Source of the DNA: Paraspadella gotoi
Taxonomy: Eukaryota > Animalia > Chaetognatha
NCBI GenBank assembly: GCA_051294375.1
Contig: CM119266.1
Coordinates: 4,524,573-4,588,572 of the forward strand
Direction of reading: 5' to 3'
DNA: 64,000 nucleotides
In this document: positions 1-12,089 of the stretch, piece after piece
Position numbering within the stretch: the first letter of the stretch is position 1
Layout: the number at the start of each line of letters is the position of its first letter
Notes under the pieces: model-generated
Told to the model about the DNA's origin: nothing
Database searches by the model: none
Seen by the model: the letters and a program-made list of their open reading frames with translations, nothing else
Translations under genes and position numbers: made by a program

Positions 1-299
1 GTTTCTAGAGGCTTTCTTTCTTTCTCTCTTTCTTTCTTGTTTTCTTTCTTTCTTTCTCTTTATTTTTCCTTGTTTTTATTTGTTTTCGTCTTTGTCTGTT
101 TATTCTTTCTAAACGAAATTTGATTTCGGTGAGAAACGTGAAATTGGGCAAAAAAATAATGAAGGAACCATTAAATTAAAAACTGTCAATGACATTAGGC
201 AGTTGTTCTTTTCATACATACAATTGAAATAGTTGACAAAAAATATTATCCTACTTCATTGATTTAAGGAAGTCAGTTTCCCAAGGAGTTTATTAACAA

Positions 300-440
300 A
301 TTTTTGAGAGAACCTTGATTAAAAACTTTCATGGTCCTGGTTCTATCTTGCAAAAGGATCGGAAGCCTCGACCCGCCATAGCCTGTTCAAAATAAGCAGC
401 AAGATGGCTTATTTATTGAATGTGGCTATAATATTTATAC
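300..440 (+). repeat. Dispersed non-coding repeat family, copy 1
   Basis: cttgatt.aaa.ctt...ggtcc...tatcttg.aa ... ccatagc.tgt.c.aa ... aagat.gcttatttatt shared with 9200-9320 and 56050-56180. Confidence 0.6.
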
Positions 441-681
441 TGTTGGTGGCAATTTTCGAGCCCGGCAATACATATACTTCGTCATAGTTATAATTTACCC
501 CTTTCTACCCCCCCACGTTTAAGCAACGCGAATTCCTCCGCCAAGAGTCCAAGACATAGTAACGGCACCGAAAATAAAATCTTCATCAGCGATTTGACCT
601 CACGACATTTCTCATAAATGTCCCCAATTATTTTTTTCAACTCAATAATTTTACTTTTATTTAAAATTCCACCGACGCAAG

Positions 682-745
<64 letters not shown>
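682..745. repeat. (GAC)n microsatellite
   Basis: Perfect trinucleotide run. Confidence 0.95.
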
Positions 746-746
<1 letters not shown>

Positions 747-904
747 ATTTGAAATCCATTTATTTCCCTCGAAAAGCGTCGTTTCAAACGTAACCGACTG
801 TATCGACTCGCGTCGTTAACTTGTGTAACTACAGTGGGCGCGGTTTGGGTCGACGGAGGTCGCAACTCAAGGAAGAGTCGGAGGCTGAGTCATTTCGCCA
901 AGAC

Positions 905-1020
905 AGTTCGTTCGTTAAGTTCTTTTTGTTCGTTAAGTTCTTTTTGTTCGTTAAGTTCTTTTTGTTCTTTAAGTTCTTTTTGTTCGTTAAGTTTTTTTCG
1001 TTCTTTAAGTTCTTTTTGTT
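905..1020. repeat. 18-bp minisatellite (GTTCGTTAAGTTCTTTTT), about 6 copies
   Basis: Visible directly; explains the KFFLFV periodic ORF. Confidence 0.9.
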
Positions 1021-2226
1021 CGTTTCGTTTTGTTTATTTTGTTCATTTTGTTTCTTTTATCTTTCGTTCCTTCCTTCGTAACTCGTTCCTTCCTTCGTTC
1101 CTTCCTTCGTTCGTCTTCCTCACATGAAGTTACGTTTTAATCTCGATAACCACTATTTATATAAGTTANNNNNNNNNNNNNNNNNNNNNNNNNNNNNNNN
1201 NNNNNNNNNNNNNNNNNNNNNNNNNNNNNNNNNNNNNNNNNNNNNNNNNNNNNNNNNNNNNNNNNNNNNNNNNNNNNNNNNNNNNNNNNNNNNNNNNNNN
1301 NNNNNNNNNNNNNNNNNNNNNNNNNNNNNNNNNNNNNNNNNNNNNNNNNNNNNNNNNNNNNNNNNNNNNNNNNNNNNNNNNNNNNNNNNNNNNNNNNNNN
1401 NNNNNNNNNNNNNNNNNNNNNNNNNNNNNNNNNNNNNNNNNNNNNNNNNNNNNNNNNNNNNNNNNNNNNNNNNNNNNNNNNNNNNNNNNNNNNNNNNNNN
1501 NNNNNNNNNNNNNNNNNNNNNNNNNNNNNNNNNNNNNNNNNNNNNNNNNNNNNNNNNNNNNNNNNNNNNNNNNNNNNNNNNNNNNNNNNNNNNNNNNNNN
1601 NNNNNNNNNNNNNNNNNNNNNNNNNNNNNNNNNNNNNNNNNNNNNNNNNNNNNNNNNNNNNNNNNNNNNNNNNNNNNNNNNNNNNNNNNNNNNNNNNNNN
1701 NNNNNNNNNNNNNNNNNNNNNNNNNNNNNNNNNNNNNNNNNNNNNNNNNNNNNNNNNNNNNNNNNNNNNNNNNNNNNNNNNNNNNNNNNNNNNNNNNNNN
1801 NNNNNNNNNNNNNNNNNNNNNNNNNNNGGAGGGGTTGAGGGGCGGGAAAAGGGGAGTAAGGTCTGGCCCGGCTGGGGCTACGGTCTTGGGTGAGTCAGGG
1901 AGGTTTTTAGATGTCGGGGCCGATAGGGGGAGAATGTTTCTTAAGGATGAGACGAGTCAAAGTATTGAGAACAAAGGTGAAGATAGGCAATAATAGATAG
2001 AAGATTTTTTTTGTTGTTGAATGTATGGATGTTTTGTTAATTATTAATTTAAGAAAGAAGACAAGATAGACCCCCCCCTACCGACAGGGCCTTCTCTCTC
2101 TCGCCGGGCTTCCTCTTCCTCTTCCCCTCTTCTCCCTGTTGAGAGACGAGCCAGAACCTACCTTTAGCAAGATACCCATCTTCAGAGGAAGAGATGATAG
2201 AAAACAAACAGAGTGAAGTTTAGAAT

Positions 2227-2230
<4 letters not shown>

Positions 2231-2308
<78 letters not shown>

Positions 2309-2396
2309 AGGGATAAGAAGGACAAAATTGCGCTGAGGGAGAAAAAGTCGCGGGAGACGAGAAAAGTTGAGAGGGCGTCAACGTTTATGACGGAAT

Positions 2397-2465
<69 letters not shown>

Positions 2466-2535
2466 TCGTCGACGTTTATGACGGAATTCGTCGTCGTCGT
2501 CACTTTCACCGTCGTCGTCGTCATTGTCGTCGTCG
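2231..2535. repeat. (GA)n and (GTC)n microsatellites with a short local duplication (acgtttatgacggaattcgtcgtc x2)
   Basis: Visible directly. Confidence 0.9.
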
Positions 2536-3741
2536 TAATTTCAAGGATGCGACGAGGAAAAAGTTTGAATATCCACGGAAGCGGAAAAAATCGGCGGCGA
2601 TTAACGGACGACGACGCCGACCGCCGACCGCCGACCGCCGACCGCCGCCGACCGCCGCCGCCCGCCGCCGCAGCGACGCCGTAATGCCGCCCGCAGTTTT
2701 GAAACTCTTCCCGTCCTTGAAAAACTCCCACCTCAAGTTTCGCCTCAACGATTAAGAAAAGAGAGGAAAAGAGAAAATGGGGTGTGGAAGGGTAGGTGGT
2801 GGAAGGGGTGTGGAGGGGGTGGAGAGGGGTGTTGAGAGTGTTTGGTGGGTGTGGAGGAGGTATAAAGGGGTAAGTGTTCCTTTCAAAAGAGATTGAGTTC
2901 TTTAATCTCATTTACATATTGTAGCAGTTTAGATTATTTCTCATATATTTTCATACGGTTCTCAGATGAGTCTTATTTTACTATTTTAGAGATATTTTTA
3001 ATAAGGTTTTTTAAAAGGTTTGATAATAGTTTAGTTTTCATAGAAGTCCCCCAAGTTACTCTGCTACACAAGTGGTAGCGTTAAAGGGCGGATATAAGGT
3101 AAATCTTTGGAGAAGGAGTGGTGGAGGTTTAAAAGGGGGCGGGGCGGTGAGATAGATGGAGGGGTGTTAGGGTAGAGGAGTTAAGAAGAAGAAGAGCCCG
3201 TAGTTGGGGTGAGGAATTAGGTAAGTTAAGAAGAAGAACTATTCGAATGTTAATTGATCGTTAATCACGCGATAAACTGTTTGGCGCTCTGGTGGTTTTT
3301 TTTTTCTTCTTTTTTTCTTCTTTACCTTCTCGTCTAATTTACTTATTTCAGTAGAACTTATGGTTATGTTTGGATTTTTTTAAACAATCGTAGTTTTTTT
3401 TGGGGCCTTTTCTTTCGCTCTTTCTTTTCCATTTTCTATCTTTCTCTCGCTTTATTTAATTTCTTTGTTTTATTTCTATTTTCTATCTCGCCTTTTTTAA
3501 TTTTCTTTTTTCTTTATATTTCTTCAAAACCTTTTTTCGCCTTTTTTTTTCAAAAGTTATCCCAGAACGAGAAGCACAAAAAACTTTAGAATGATAATAA
3601 CTGGCTCCTTCTACTTTAAACTCCACAAACCCATTTTTCAATTATTCAACTAATTGCGACGACTCGTCTCTCTCTCTCTCATCTCCCTCTCTCTCTCCTT
3701 TCACCTCTCTCTCTCCTCTCTCTCTCTCCCCTCTCTCTCGT

Positions 3742-3776
<35 letters not shown>

Positions 3777-4289
3777 TCTCTCTCTCCTCTCTCTCTCTTT
3801 TCTCTGTTTCTTTATTTTCTCTTCATTAATACTACCCTGTGGTTTCCTTCATAGGTGCAAAAAAGAGGAACGCGTCAAATGTTCAGTTCATTTCTTGTTT
3901 TGATAGATTTCTGACTTTTTGTGTGTGTGAAATAATAATACGTAAATAAAATGATCAAAAATAAACAGTTTATTTAAAGAGCTTAGAGTTCGCGATAAAG
4001 AGCTCTTTTCGCCAGTTAAAAGTTCTCTAGAATCACCGAAATTCCTTTGTAGTTAATAAAATTAAATTGAGCGCGTCTGTCGTCGGAGATTCGAATGCGC
4101 AAGTGGTTCCTCGACCCGCGCTGGCAATGCCGGTGGCTCCTGCCGGGGCACGGCCCCGGTTCCGTCAATTTCGTTCCCGGCAGATGATACCCTGAGCGCC
4201 CGCCCGTTTTTCAAATCCGACTTTTCTGTCGATAGTGTGCACCCAGAGGAATAGACAGCGCCGCAGGTTTCTGGTTAGACGATGAATTA

Positions 4290-5570
4290 AAAAAATGACA
4301 CACGCGTGAGGAGAGAGAGAAACGGGAAAACAGAGAACAAATCCACGTCCCGAATCCCAAGTCAGCCGCCGCGTGACTGAAGCCTCGAGCGGGAGACGAG
4401 GCAAGTGAGGAAGGGCATGCGCGATAAGAGGCGGACTGCTGCAGGGGCCGGGAAAAAAAAAAGACTTTTCTTCTTTCGTGCTGAGGAACAATTGGGAAAA
4501 TTACTTGAGGTAAAAACTTGAATTTAAATTAATTTTTAGTGTTAAAATAAGAAAATAGAAAATAGAAACTAAATGCAGGACAGGAAGCTTTTGAAACGCG
4601 ACGAAAACTTACGGCCGAAAAACTGCGTGCGAAAATACGCGGCGACAGTCTCTTCGACTTCGTTCGGTAGGAGAGCTAAACGAGCGACTCGCCTCTCTTT
4701 TTCTGTGAGTACCGAAAGTAAACGGCATGAATCTCTGGATATGCTCATGTGTGGGGTGATGAGAGAGAGTAGTATGAGAGGAGAAAGAGAGAGAGAGAGA
4801 TGAGAGGAGAGAGAGAGAGGAGAGAGCTGAGAGAGAGAGAGAGCAGAAATGAGAGCATGAGAGAGAGAGAGCAGAGAGAGCAGAGAGAGAGACTCGACAG
4901 ATGGCGCGAATCAAGTGAAAGTCAAATGGCGTACGAGATTATTTAAGAAGGGTCGCAGCGCGGGTAGTTCGAGCCGCGCCGCCGCGCCGCCTCGCCGCCG
5001 CCCCGCCGCATAGCAGTCGCTGATGTATTGAGTCAGAGCAACAAAAGGATATTGGAGGCGGAGCATCCGTTTTCTTATTGATGCAGACCAAGGGAGAGGG
5101 AGGAAGAGGAGGGGAAGGGGGGAAGAGAAAAGAGAAAGGGCTAGTTGGATGAAAAGAAAGAGAAGAAGAAAAAGAGAGCATAAAAAGGAAAAAAAGAGAA
5201 AAGAAAAGAAAAGAAAATAAAAGAAAAGATAATTGAGCAGAGCGTCGTTCTTTGAAAATGACAAGATTGACCAACGAAAAAAGGAAAAAAAAAAGAAGTA
5301 TGAAAAAAAGAAAAAAAAGGAGGGGTGGGGGAAAAAAAGAAAACAAAAACCCGGAGAGGGATGAATCCGAAAGAAAGAACTAATATAAAATTTCGTGGGT
5401 GGTCTCGCCTTCGCCTGAAAGGTAAGTAATTTTCTTAGTAGTCCATAACCTTTTACATCAATGTGAAAGTGAAAAAGTGTAAGTACAATTAATAACGAAA
5501 CTAATATTGTATCGCCTTGAATTACAGAGTAATTACAAAATATATGCCTGTGATTATTAAGCCGTGAACT
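4290..5570 (-). other. Indel-rich inverted copy of 7015-8400 (probable gap-fill or contig-orientation artefact)
   Basis: Reverse-complement matches such as acaaaaggatattggaggcggag vs ctccgcctccaatatccttttgt; the partner begins right after a 25-N gap. Confidence 0.8.
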
Positions 5571-5909
5571 ATGAGCTGTGTGATTAAAATACACTTGATA
5601 ACAGAGCCTACCAAATAAGACAAACGCGGATCAAATAAAAAGTGGAGGGAAAATGCGACCAAAGATTGAACGTATACGACGACGGACGACGACGGACGAC
5701 CGACGTTACGGACGAGGACGATCGACGACTACGAGAGATTGACGAAGATTGTTTTTTCTTAAACTTCGTCGGTTGAAAAGCAAAGAAAAGCGGATAAGGG
5801 TCGGAACGGTCGAAGGTCAAAACAAAAAGCGAAGGTCAAAAGGTCAAAATGGCTTTGTGATCCGTTAGAATATGAATGTTTCAATTTGTTGTCTGGACAA
5901 TATAGCATG

Positions 5910-6065
5910 ATTGATTGACAGAAGTTGCATTGGTACAAGAAGTGATTGGTTGACAAGAAGTGGGCATTGGCTTACAAGAGGGTGATTGGTGACAAGAATG
6001 TGATTGGTGGACTAATAGTGATTGTTTTGCACCAGAAGTGATGTGGTTGACATTATGACTGGTTG
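5910..6065. repeat. Degenerate approximately 19-bp minisatellite (AGTGATTGGTTGACAAGA-like)
   Basis: Recurring gattgg(t)tgaca units in indel-rich sequence. Confidence 0.65.
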
Positions 6066-8644
6066 TGAATGTAGATTTGATTGAGCTAACCTTATGTGAG
6101 TGTGAGTATTGTTGAGTCTTGCTTTGCATGCGAAAATTTGATTAGATTATCAATTTTTATCATTATCATTGGTACTTTTAAAGAACTTTTTGTTTTCGAT
6201 CCAGAAATAGACCACAGAAAAGAGCGTCTACCAGATTTATAGAACCATAAAATTTATATGTTCTTCCATGTGAGATCTGGTCAAAAAAAAAGCTCCAATA
6301 AAGAATATCTTAGTCTTGGCTTTCAAATTGAATCCAAGTTTTAATTAATAGGACGACAGACAAGCGAGATAGTATGGGGTTCCAACTTCAAAGCGTTAAC
6401 ACTTTTTTTTGACCATGATCTGTATATTTTAATTTAAACCATAAACAATTGAAATTTGAATCAATTTTCCTCCTTTTTTCGTTTTTGTTTCTTATTTTTG
6501 CTTTTTCTTCATATCTCTTCTCGTCCGTCGGAGTTTCAACGAGTCAATTAAGTGCTTCCTTTCGATTTCGGTTCGACTCAAACAGTAAACATCAACAAGT
6601 CACGTTGACATCACAAGTCACGCTGACAATTTTCCCCTCACCTTTTCAGTACTTTATTTCCCAGTCCCCGTGATTCCTGTCTTCATTCTTTCTCCCCTCT
6701 CTCCCCTTCCTTTGACTATCTATGAAAATTGCCCATGATGACTTGTTCACTATTTTTATAAGTATTAGATCTGACCCTGTTGACAACTAATATTCAATAA
6801 AAATATTATATTCACAAATTCAATATTTTTTATTTTAGATTAATATCAAAAAACGGTTATTAAGGACAATTGAAACGAAAACCAGTATATTGATTTAGTT
6901 TCTTTTGATAATCTTAAATCTGAAAATATGATATTTAAGTAATTGAGGAGAGGGTTGTATGTTGTCGCTTTACTCAACATATTCGCTCANNNNNNNNNNN
7001 NNNNNNNNNNNNNNACGCTAATACAGCATATATTTTGTAATACTTGGTAATAAGACGATACAATATTAGTTACGTTATTAATGTGTATTAAACTTTACAC
7101 TTTACACATTGTGTAAAAGTTTTATAACTATNNNNNNNNNNNNNNNNNNNNNNNNNNNNNNNNNNNNNNNNNNNNNNNNNNNNNNNNNNNNNNNNNNNNN
7201 NNNNNNNNNNNNNNNNNNNNNNNNNNNNNNNNNNNNNNNNNNNNNNNNNNNNNNNNNNNNNNNNNNNNNNNNNNNNNNNNNNNNNNNNNNNNNNNNNNNN
7301 NNNNNNNNNNNNNNNNNNNNNNNNNNNNNNNNNNNNNNNNNNNNNNNNNNNNNNNNNNNNNNNNNNNNNNNNNNNNNNNNNNNNNNNNNNNNNNNNNNNN
7401 NNNNNNNNNNNNNNNNNNNNNNNNNNNNNNNNNNNNNNNNNNNNNNNNNNNNNNNNNNNNNNNNNTTTTTTTTCTTTTTCTTTGTCATCTTGGCATTTTC
7501 AAACGACCTCTCATTTCTTTTCTTTTCTTTTCTTTTCTTTTCTTTTCTCTTTTTTTCCTTTTATCTCTCTTTTTCTTCTTCTCTTTCTTTTCTCCTTTTC
7601 TTTTCTCTTCCTCCCTTCCTCCTCTTCCTCCCTCTCCTTTGGTTCTGCATCAATAAGAAACGATCTCCGCCTCCAATATCCTTTTGTTGCTTCTTCACAA
7701 TGCAGCGCTCGATGCGGCGGCGGCGGCGGCGGCGGCGGCGGNNNNNNNNNNNNNNNNNNNNNNNNNNNNNNNNNNNNNNNNNNNNNNNNNNNNNNNNNNN
7801 NNNNNNNNNNNNNNNNNNNNNNNNNNNNNNNNNNNNNNNNNNNNNNNNNNNNNNNNNNNNNNNNNNNNNNNNNNNNNNNNNNNNNNNNNNNNNNNNNNNN
7901 NNNNNNNNNNNNNNNNNNNNNNNNNNNNNNNNNNNNNNNNNNNNNNNNNNNNNNNNNNNNNNNNNNNNNNNNNNNNNNNNNNNNNNNNNNNNNNNNNNNN
8001 NNNNNNNNCTCTCACCACAATGAGCATTCAAAGATCATCGGTTTATTTCGTCTCAAGAAAAGAGGCGAGTCTCTTTCTCTACGACGAAGTCGAAGAGACT
8101 TCGCCGCGTTTTTCGCCGCGTTTTTCGCCGTAGTTTTCGTCGCGTTTCAAAAGCTTCCTGTCTCTTTAGTTTCTATTTTCTATTTTCTTATTTACATAAA
8201 AATAATTTATTCAAGTTTTCTCAAGTAATTTTCCATTTTCCCTCAGCACGAGAAGAAAAGTTTTTTTTTTCCCGGCCCGCAGCAGCGCCGCAGCCTCAGC
8301 GCCGCCGCTCTCAGCCGCGGCCGGCTGATTGGATGGACGTGGATTTGTTTTGTTTACGTTTTTTCTGTTTAACAACAGAAAACGCGTCATCTGGGAAACG
8401 GAAAGGAATCATTATGCATTCGTGGATATTCAAGGACATTCGATTCAAATGCAAAATTCAAGGAAACACCGATCCTTGGGGTTGAGAGAGGGAGAGAGAG
8501 NNNNNNNNNNNNNNNNNNNNNNNNNNNNNNNNNNNNNNNNNNNNNNNNNNNNNNNNNNNNNNNNNNNNNNNNNNNNNNNNNNNNNNNNNNNNNNNNNNNN
8601 NNNNNNNNNNNNNNNNNNNNNNNNNNNNNNNNNNNNNNNNNNNN

Positions 8645-8681
<37 letters not shown>

Positions 8682-9199
8682 AAGTTTAGTTCTCATGACT
8701 TAACGAGTTAAGTTGAGCGAGGTTGAGTTTAACGTCATTTTAGTTAACAATCGTTAACATTCTTACATAATAAAAAAAAATTAAGGTGTTGAAATAAAAG
8801 CCAGGCCAAGCAGAGGAAAATCGGTATTAATCAAATACTTTGGCTTTATTGTATAAATGATAGCAATCCGTTCCTGGTCTTAAGCAATTGTACTGGGAAT
8901 AGACATGATTGTTATCAAAGAAATAAATAATAAAATAAGTAAATAGCATATTTAATTCAGATTTATATTGCCAGAGGAAGTGTTTTTCATACTCTGTCCA
9001 TTGTCGTAGATCTTAAATTTTTTTCACATTTTGAAATTTCCAGATTGTATGGTATATGCGATATCATTTTTGTACTGGCTAACTGGTCTGAAATTATTCC
9101 AGATCTGGCACCATGTATGCTAAGTTTTTTTTTAAATAACGAATGCAAGCAACGAGATGACAACGAGGAATTTTAAGTGAGAATTATTGGTTTCGAGTA

Positions 9200-9320
9200 A
9201 CATAGCTTGCAGGGACCTGCTATGTCATTATCTTGTAAGAGTGATGGAGGCCTTAAACCACCAAAGCCTGTCCAAAGTCAGGGGCAAGATAGCTTATTTA
9301 TTAAATGAATGGATAATTTT
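9200..9320 (+). repeat. Dispersed non-coding repeat family, copy 2
   Basis: agcttgcagggacctgctatgtcattatcttgtaag ... gcctgtccaaagtcaggggcaagatagcttatttatt. Confidence 0.65.
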
Positions 9321-11113
9321 TATATTGGTTGTACCAATTTCATATAAAACCAAAATGAACAAAATGAAGTCAGATTTAAACTACATCTACAGGTTCTTTC
9401 ATTATGCAAAATTTTTCCCAATAAGAGATATAAAAATCATATATAGTCACGTGCTTGCCACAAAATTAGATTATATGAAAAAAATGGATAGTTACTATCG
9501 AAAAGTACATGATCAATAATGATATGCTCAAAAAAAAGGTAATATGCAAATTAGCCTTGAAATGAGGCTCACAGAAAACAAATGATCGGTAATCGACTAC
9601 AGCAAAGATTTTCTTTAAAAATTTACGCCACGAATGAGAAGAAAACCAAAAAGCAACGAAATGGATCTCGATGGATTTAGAATTCAATGAAAGAAAGAAA
9701 GAAAACGACCGAAGAAAAAAAAAGAAAGAATGAAAAAGAAAAGAAAGAAAGAATGGAAAAGAAAAAGAAAGAAAAGACTAACCGATCGGCCAATTGGAAG
9801 GCAGTTAAGTGTTAAGTCGCTAACTAAAAACAGTTTCATAGTTTATAATTTGTTCTATGTATTTGTTCTATGTATTTGTTCTATGTATTTGCTTTAATAT
9901 GCTCATTGCTCAATGCTTAAATTAAAGGAAAAATATCAAAATGAAACAGTACTCTCTCTCTCTCTCNNNNNNNNNNNNNNNNNNNNNNNNNNNNNNNNNN
10001 NNNNNNNNNNNNNNNNNNNNNNNNNNNNNNNNNNNNNNNNNNNNNNNNNNNNNNNNNNNNNNNNNNNNNNNNNNNNNNNNNNNNNNNNNNNNNNNNNNNN
10101 NNNNNNNNNNNNNNNNNNNNNNNNNNNNNNNNNNNNNNNNNNNNNNNNNNNNNNNNNNNNNNNNNNNNNNNNNNNNNNNNNNNNNNNNNNNNNNNNNNNN
10201 NNNNNNNNNNNNNNNNNNNNNNNNNNNNNNNNNNNNNNNNNNNNNNNNNNNNNNNNNNNNNNNNNNNNNNNNNNNNNNNNNNNNNNNNNNNNNNNNNNNN
10301 NNNNNNNNNNNNNNNNNNNNNNNNNNNNNNNNNNNNNNNNNNNNNNNNNNNNNNNNNNNNNNNNNNNNNNNNNNNNNNNNNNNNNNNNNNNNNNNNNNNN
10401 NNNNNNNNNNNNNNNNNNNNNNNNNNNNNNNNNNNNNNNNNNNNNNNNNNNNNNNNNNNNNNNNNNNNNNNNNNNNNNNNNNNNNNNNNNNNNNNNNNNN
10501 NNNNNNNNNNNNNNNNNNNNNNNNNNNNNNNNNNNNNNNNNNNNNNATTTTCGTCGACACTTTTCTCTCTCTTCGGTCACGTGACTATGGAAATAGTTTT
10601 TAGTTTTAGGCAAAGATGTAAAATGTATTAAGCTGGCAGCCTTTGAAACAGTAGTTAGTATGAACTAAAGCATAGTAAAAACTCTAAATTTAACTTAAAT
10701 TAAAATTCGAAAAGTGAGGAATAGAGATTAATTTTTTTTAAATCATTAAATATCTTCAGTTAAATTAAAATAAACATATCTATGATCATTTTAACACTTC
10801 TGAGTTCTGATGATTCCGACTGCTTATTTTTCCTTTTTGAACTAATTTGCATATTGTGGTTTTCATTTTTTCTCGTATCTTTTCATTCATGTTTATTTGG
10901 TGTTTTGATTTTTTTTCATTTGAAAATTAACTTATGCTTCAGAGACGCTGTTTTTCATGTATTAATCAACCACGATCAATCTTTATTACCAAGCATTCCG
11001 TTTTGTCAATACTGTTTTTGGTATTAATAAAAGAAAATAGCATCAATTGGTCAAATTTTACAATTTATAATAAGTTAGTATAACGTTCGCGTTTGAACAA
11101 AATAACAACTCAC

Positions 11114-11332
11114 GCAAAGCGTCAGCCGCGTTTGGCGTTCTTCCTCCAGGCGGCGAATCCGCCACGGAGATCTCCGACGGCGAGGGCGGCGGCGGCGGAC
11201 GAGATGCCAGCAGCTGCGGCGGGAAAGACGCCCCAGCCGCCGCCGACGCTGGGGAGCGGGGATGCGGCGGCGGAGGCGACGAAGCGCGGCCGAGAGGAGA
11301 TCGCCGGTAGAGGGATGGATAATGGGGAAATC
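11114..11332 (-). CDS. Exon 4 of the eh1 gene (FPHYPSLYRRSPLGRASSPPPPHPRSP...RTPNAADAL)
   Basis: Acceptor TAATCCCCAAG, strong donor C|GTGAGT, 219 nt, phase 1-1, no stop, so the gene continues downstream. Confidence 0.65.
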
Positions 11333-11411
11333 CTTGGGGATTAATATAAATTATTAGTTAATATCTTAAAACGATGTAACGATATTTATTAACTCATATT
11401 TATTAACGTAC

Positions 11412-11588
11412 CCTGAGACAACGCCGCTTCCGCTCCGCCGACGCCGGCGCTGACGTCGACGCCTATCGGACGAGTTTCCGGCGCCGAAGAGAAAGACGCA
11501 GCCAACGACGCGGCGCCGTAGGGAAATGCAGCGGCTGCGGCGGCAGCTGTAGCTGGGCCAGTGTCGGATTTGGTCAGCGTGGGCGAGC
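11412..11588 (-). CDS. Exon 3 of the eh1 gene (SPTLTKSDTGPATAAAAAAAFPYGAASLAASFSSAPETRPIGVDVSAGVGGAEAALSQ)
   Basis: Acceptor CCTTCATAATCTTAG, donor G|GTACGT, 177 nt, phase 1-1, open in the frame set by exon 2; GC-rich island between AT-rich introns. Confidence 0.68.
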
Positions 11589-11602
11589 CTAAGATTATGA
11601 AG

Positions 11603-11772
11603 GAATGAATGAATGAATGAATGAATGAATGAATGAATGAATGAATGAATGAATGAATGAATGAATAAATGAATGAATGAATGAATGAATGAATGAATGA
11701 CTGAATGAATGAATGAATGAATGAATGAATGAACGAATGAATAGAATAACAAATAAATGAATTAATAAATTA

Positions 11773-11860
<88 letters not shown>
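11603..11860. repeat. (GAAT)n plus (AAAT)n microsatellites filling intron 2 of the eh1 gene
   Basis: Visible directly between the predicted splice sites. Confidence 0.95.
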
Positions 11861-11861
<1 letters not shown>

Positions 11862-11877
11862 CAATCTCTCTTCTCAC

Positions 11878-11999
11878 TCGGACTTGATGAGGGCGGACTC
11901 CTGGCGGGCGGATGAGCTAGCGGCGGAAAGAGGCCGGCGGTGATGGCGGCGATGGCTTGGGCGTGGTGGGAGTGATACGCCGCCGCCGCTTGCGCCGCG
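11878..11999 (-). CDS. Exon 2 of the eh1 gene (SAAQAAAAYHSHHAQAIAAITAGLFPPLAHPPARSPPSSSP)
   Basis: Acceptor TTTTTTACTTTCTCCGCAG after a 90-nt AT-rich intron; donor GA|GTGAGA; 122 nt takes phase 2 to phase 1; Ala/His/Pro-rich. Confidence 0.7.
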
Positions 12000-12089
12000 C
12001 TGCGGAGAAAGTAAAAAATTAACGCTACCGTCCTTTTATAACTTGCTGTCTTTATGTTTAGTTGTCTATCTATCTCCTTAGCAGTTAAC

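Noticed and set aside
4290-8400. Inverted repeat suggesting a large TIR or foldback element
   Set aside because: One arm is indel-rich and the other starts at a 25-N gap, which fits a mis-oriented contig with a read extension.
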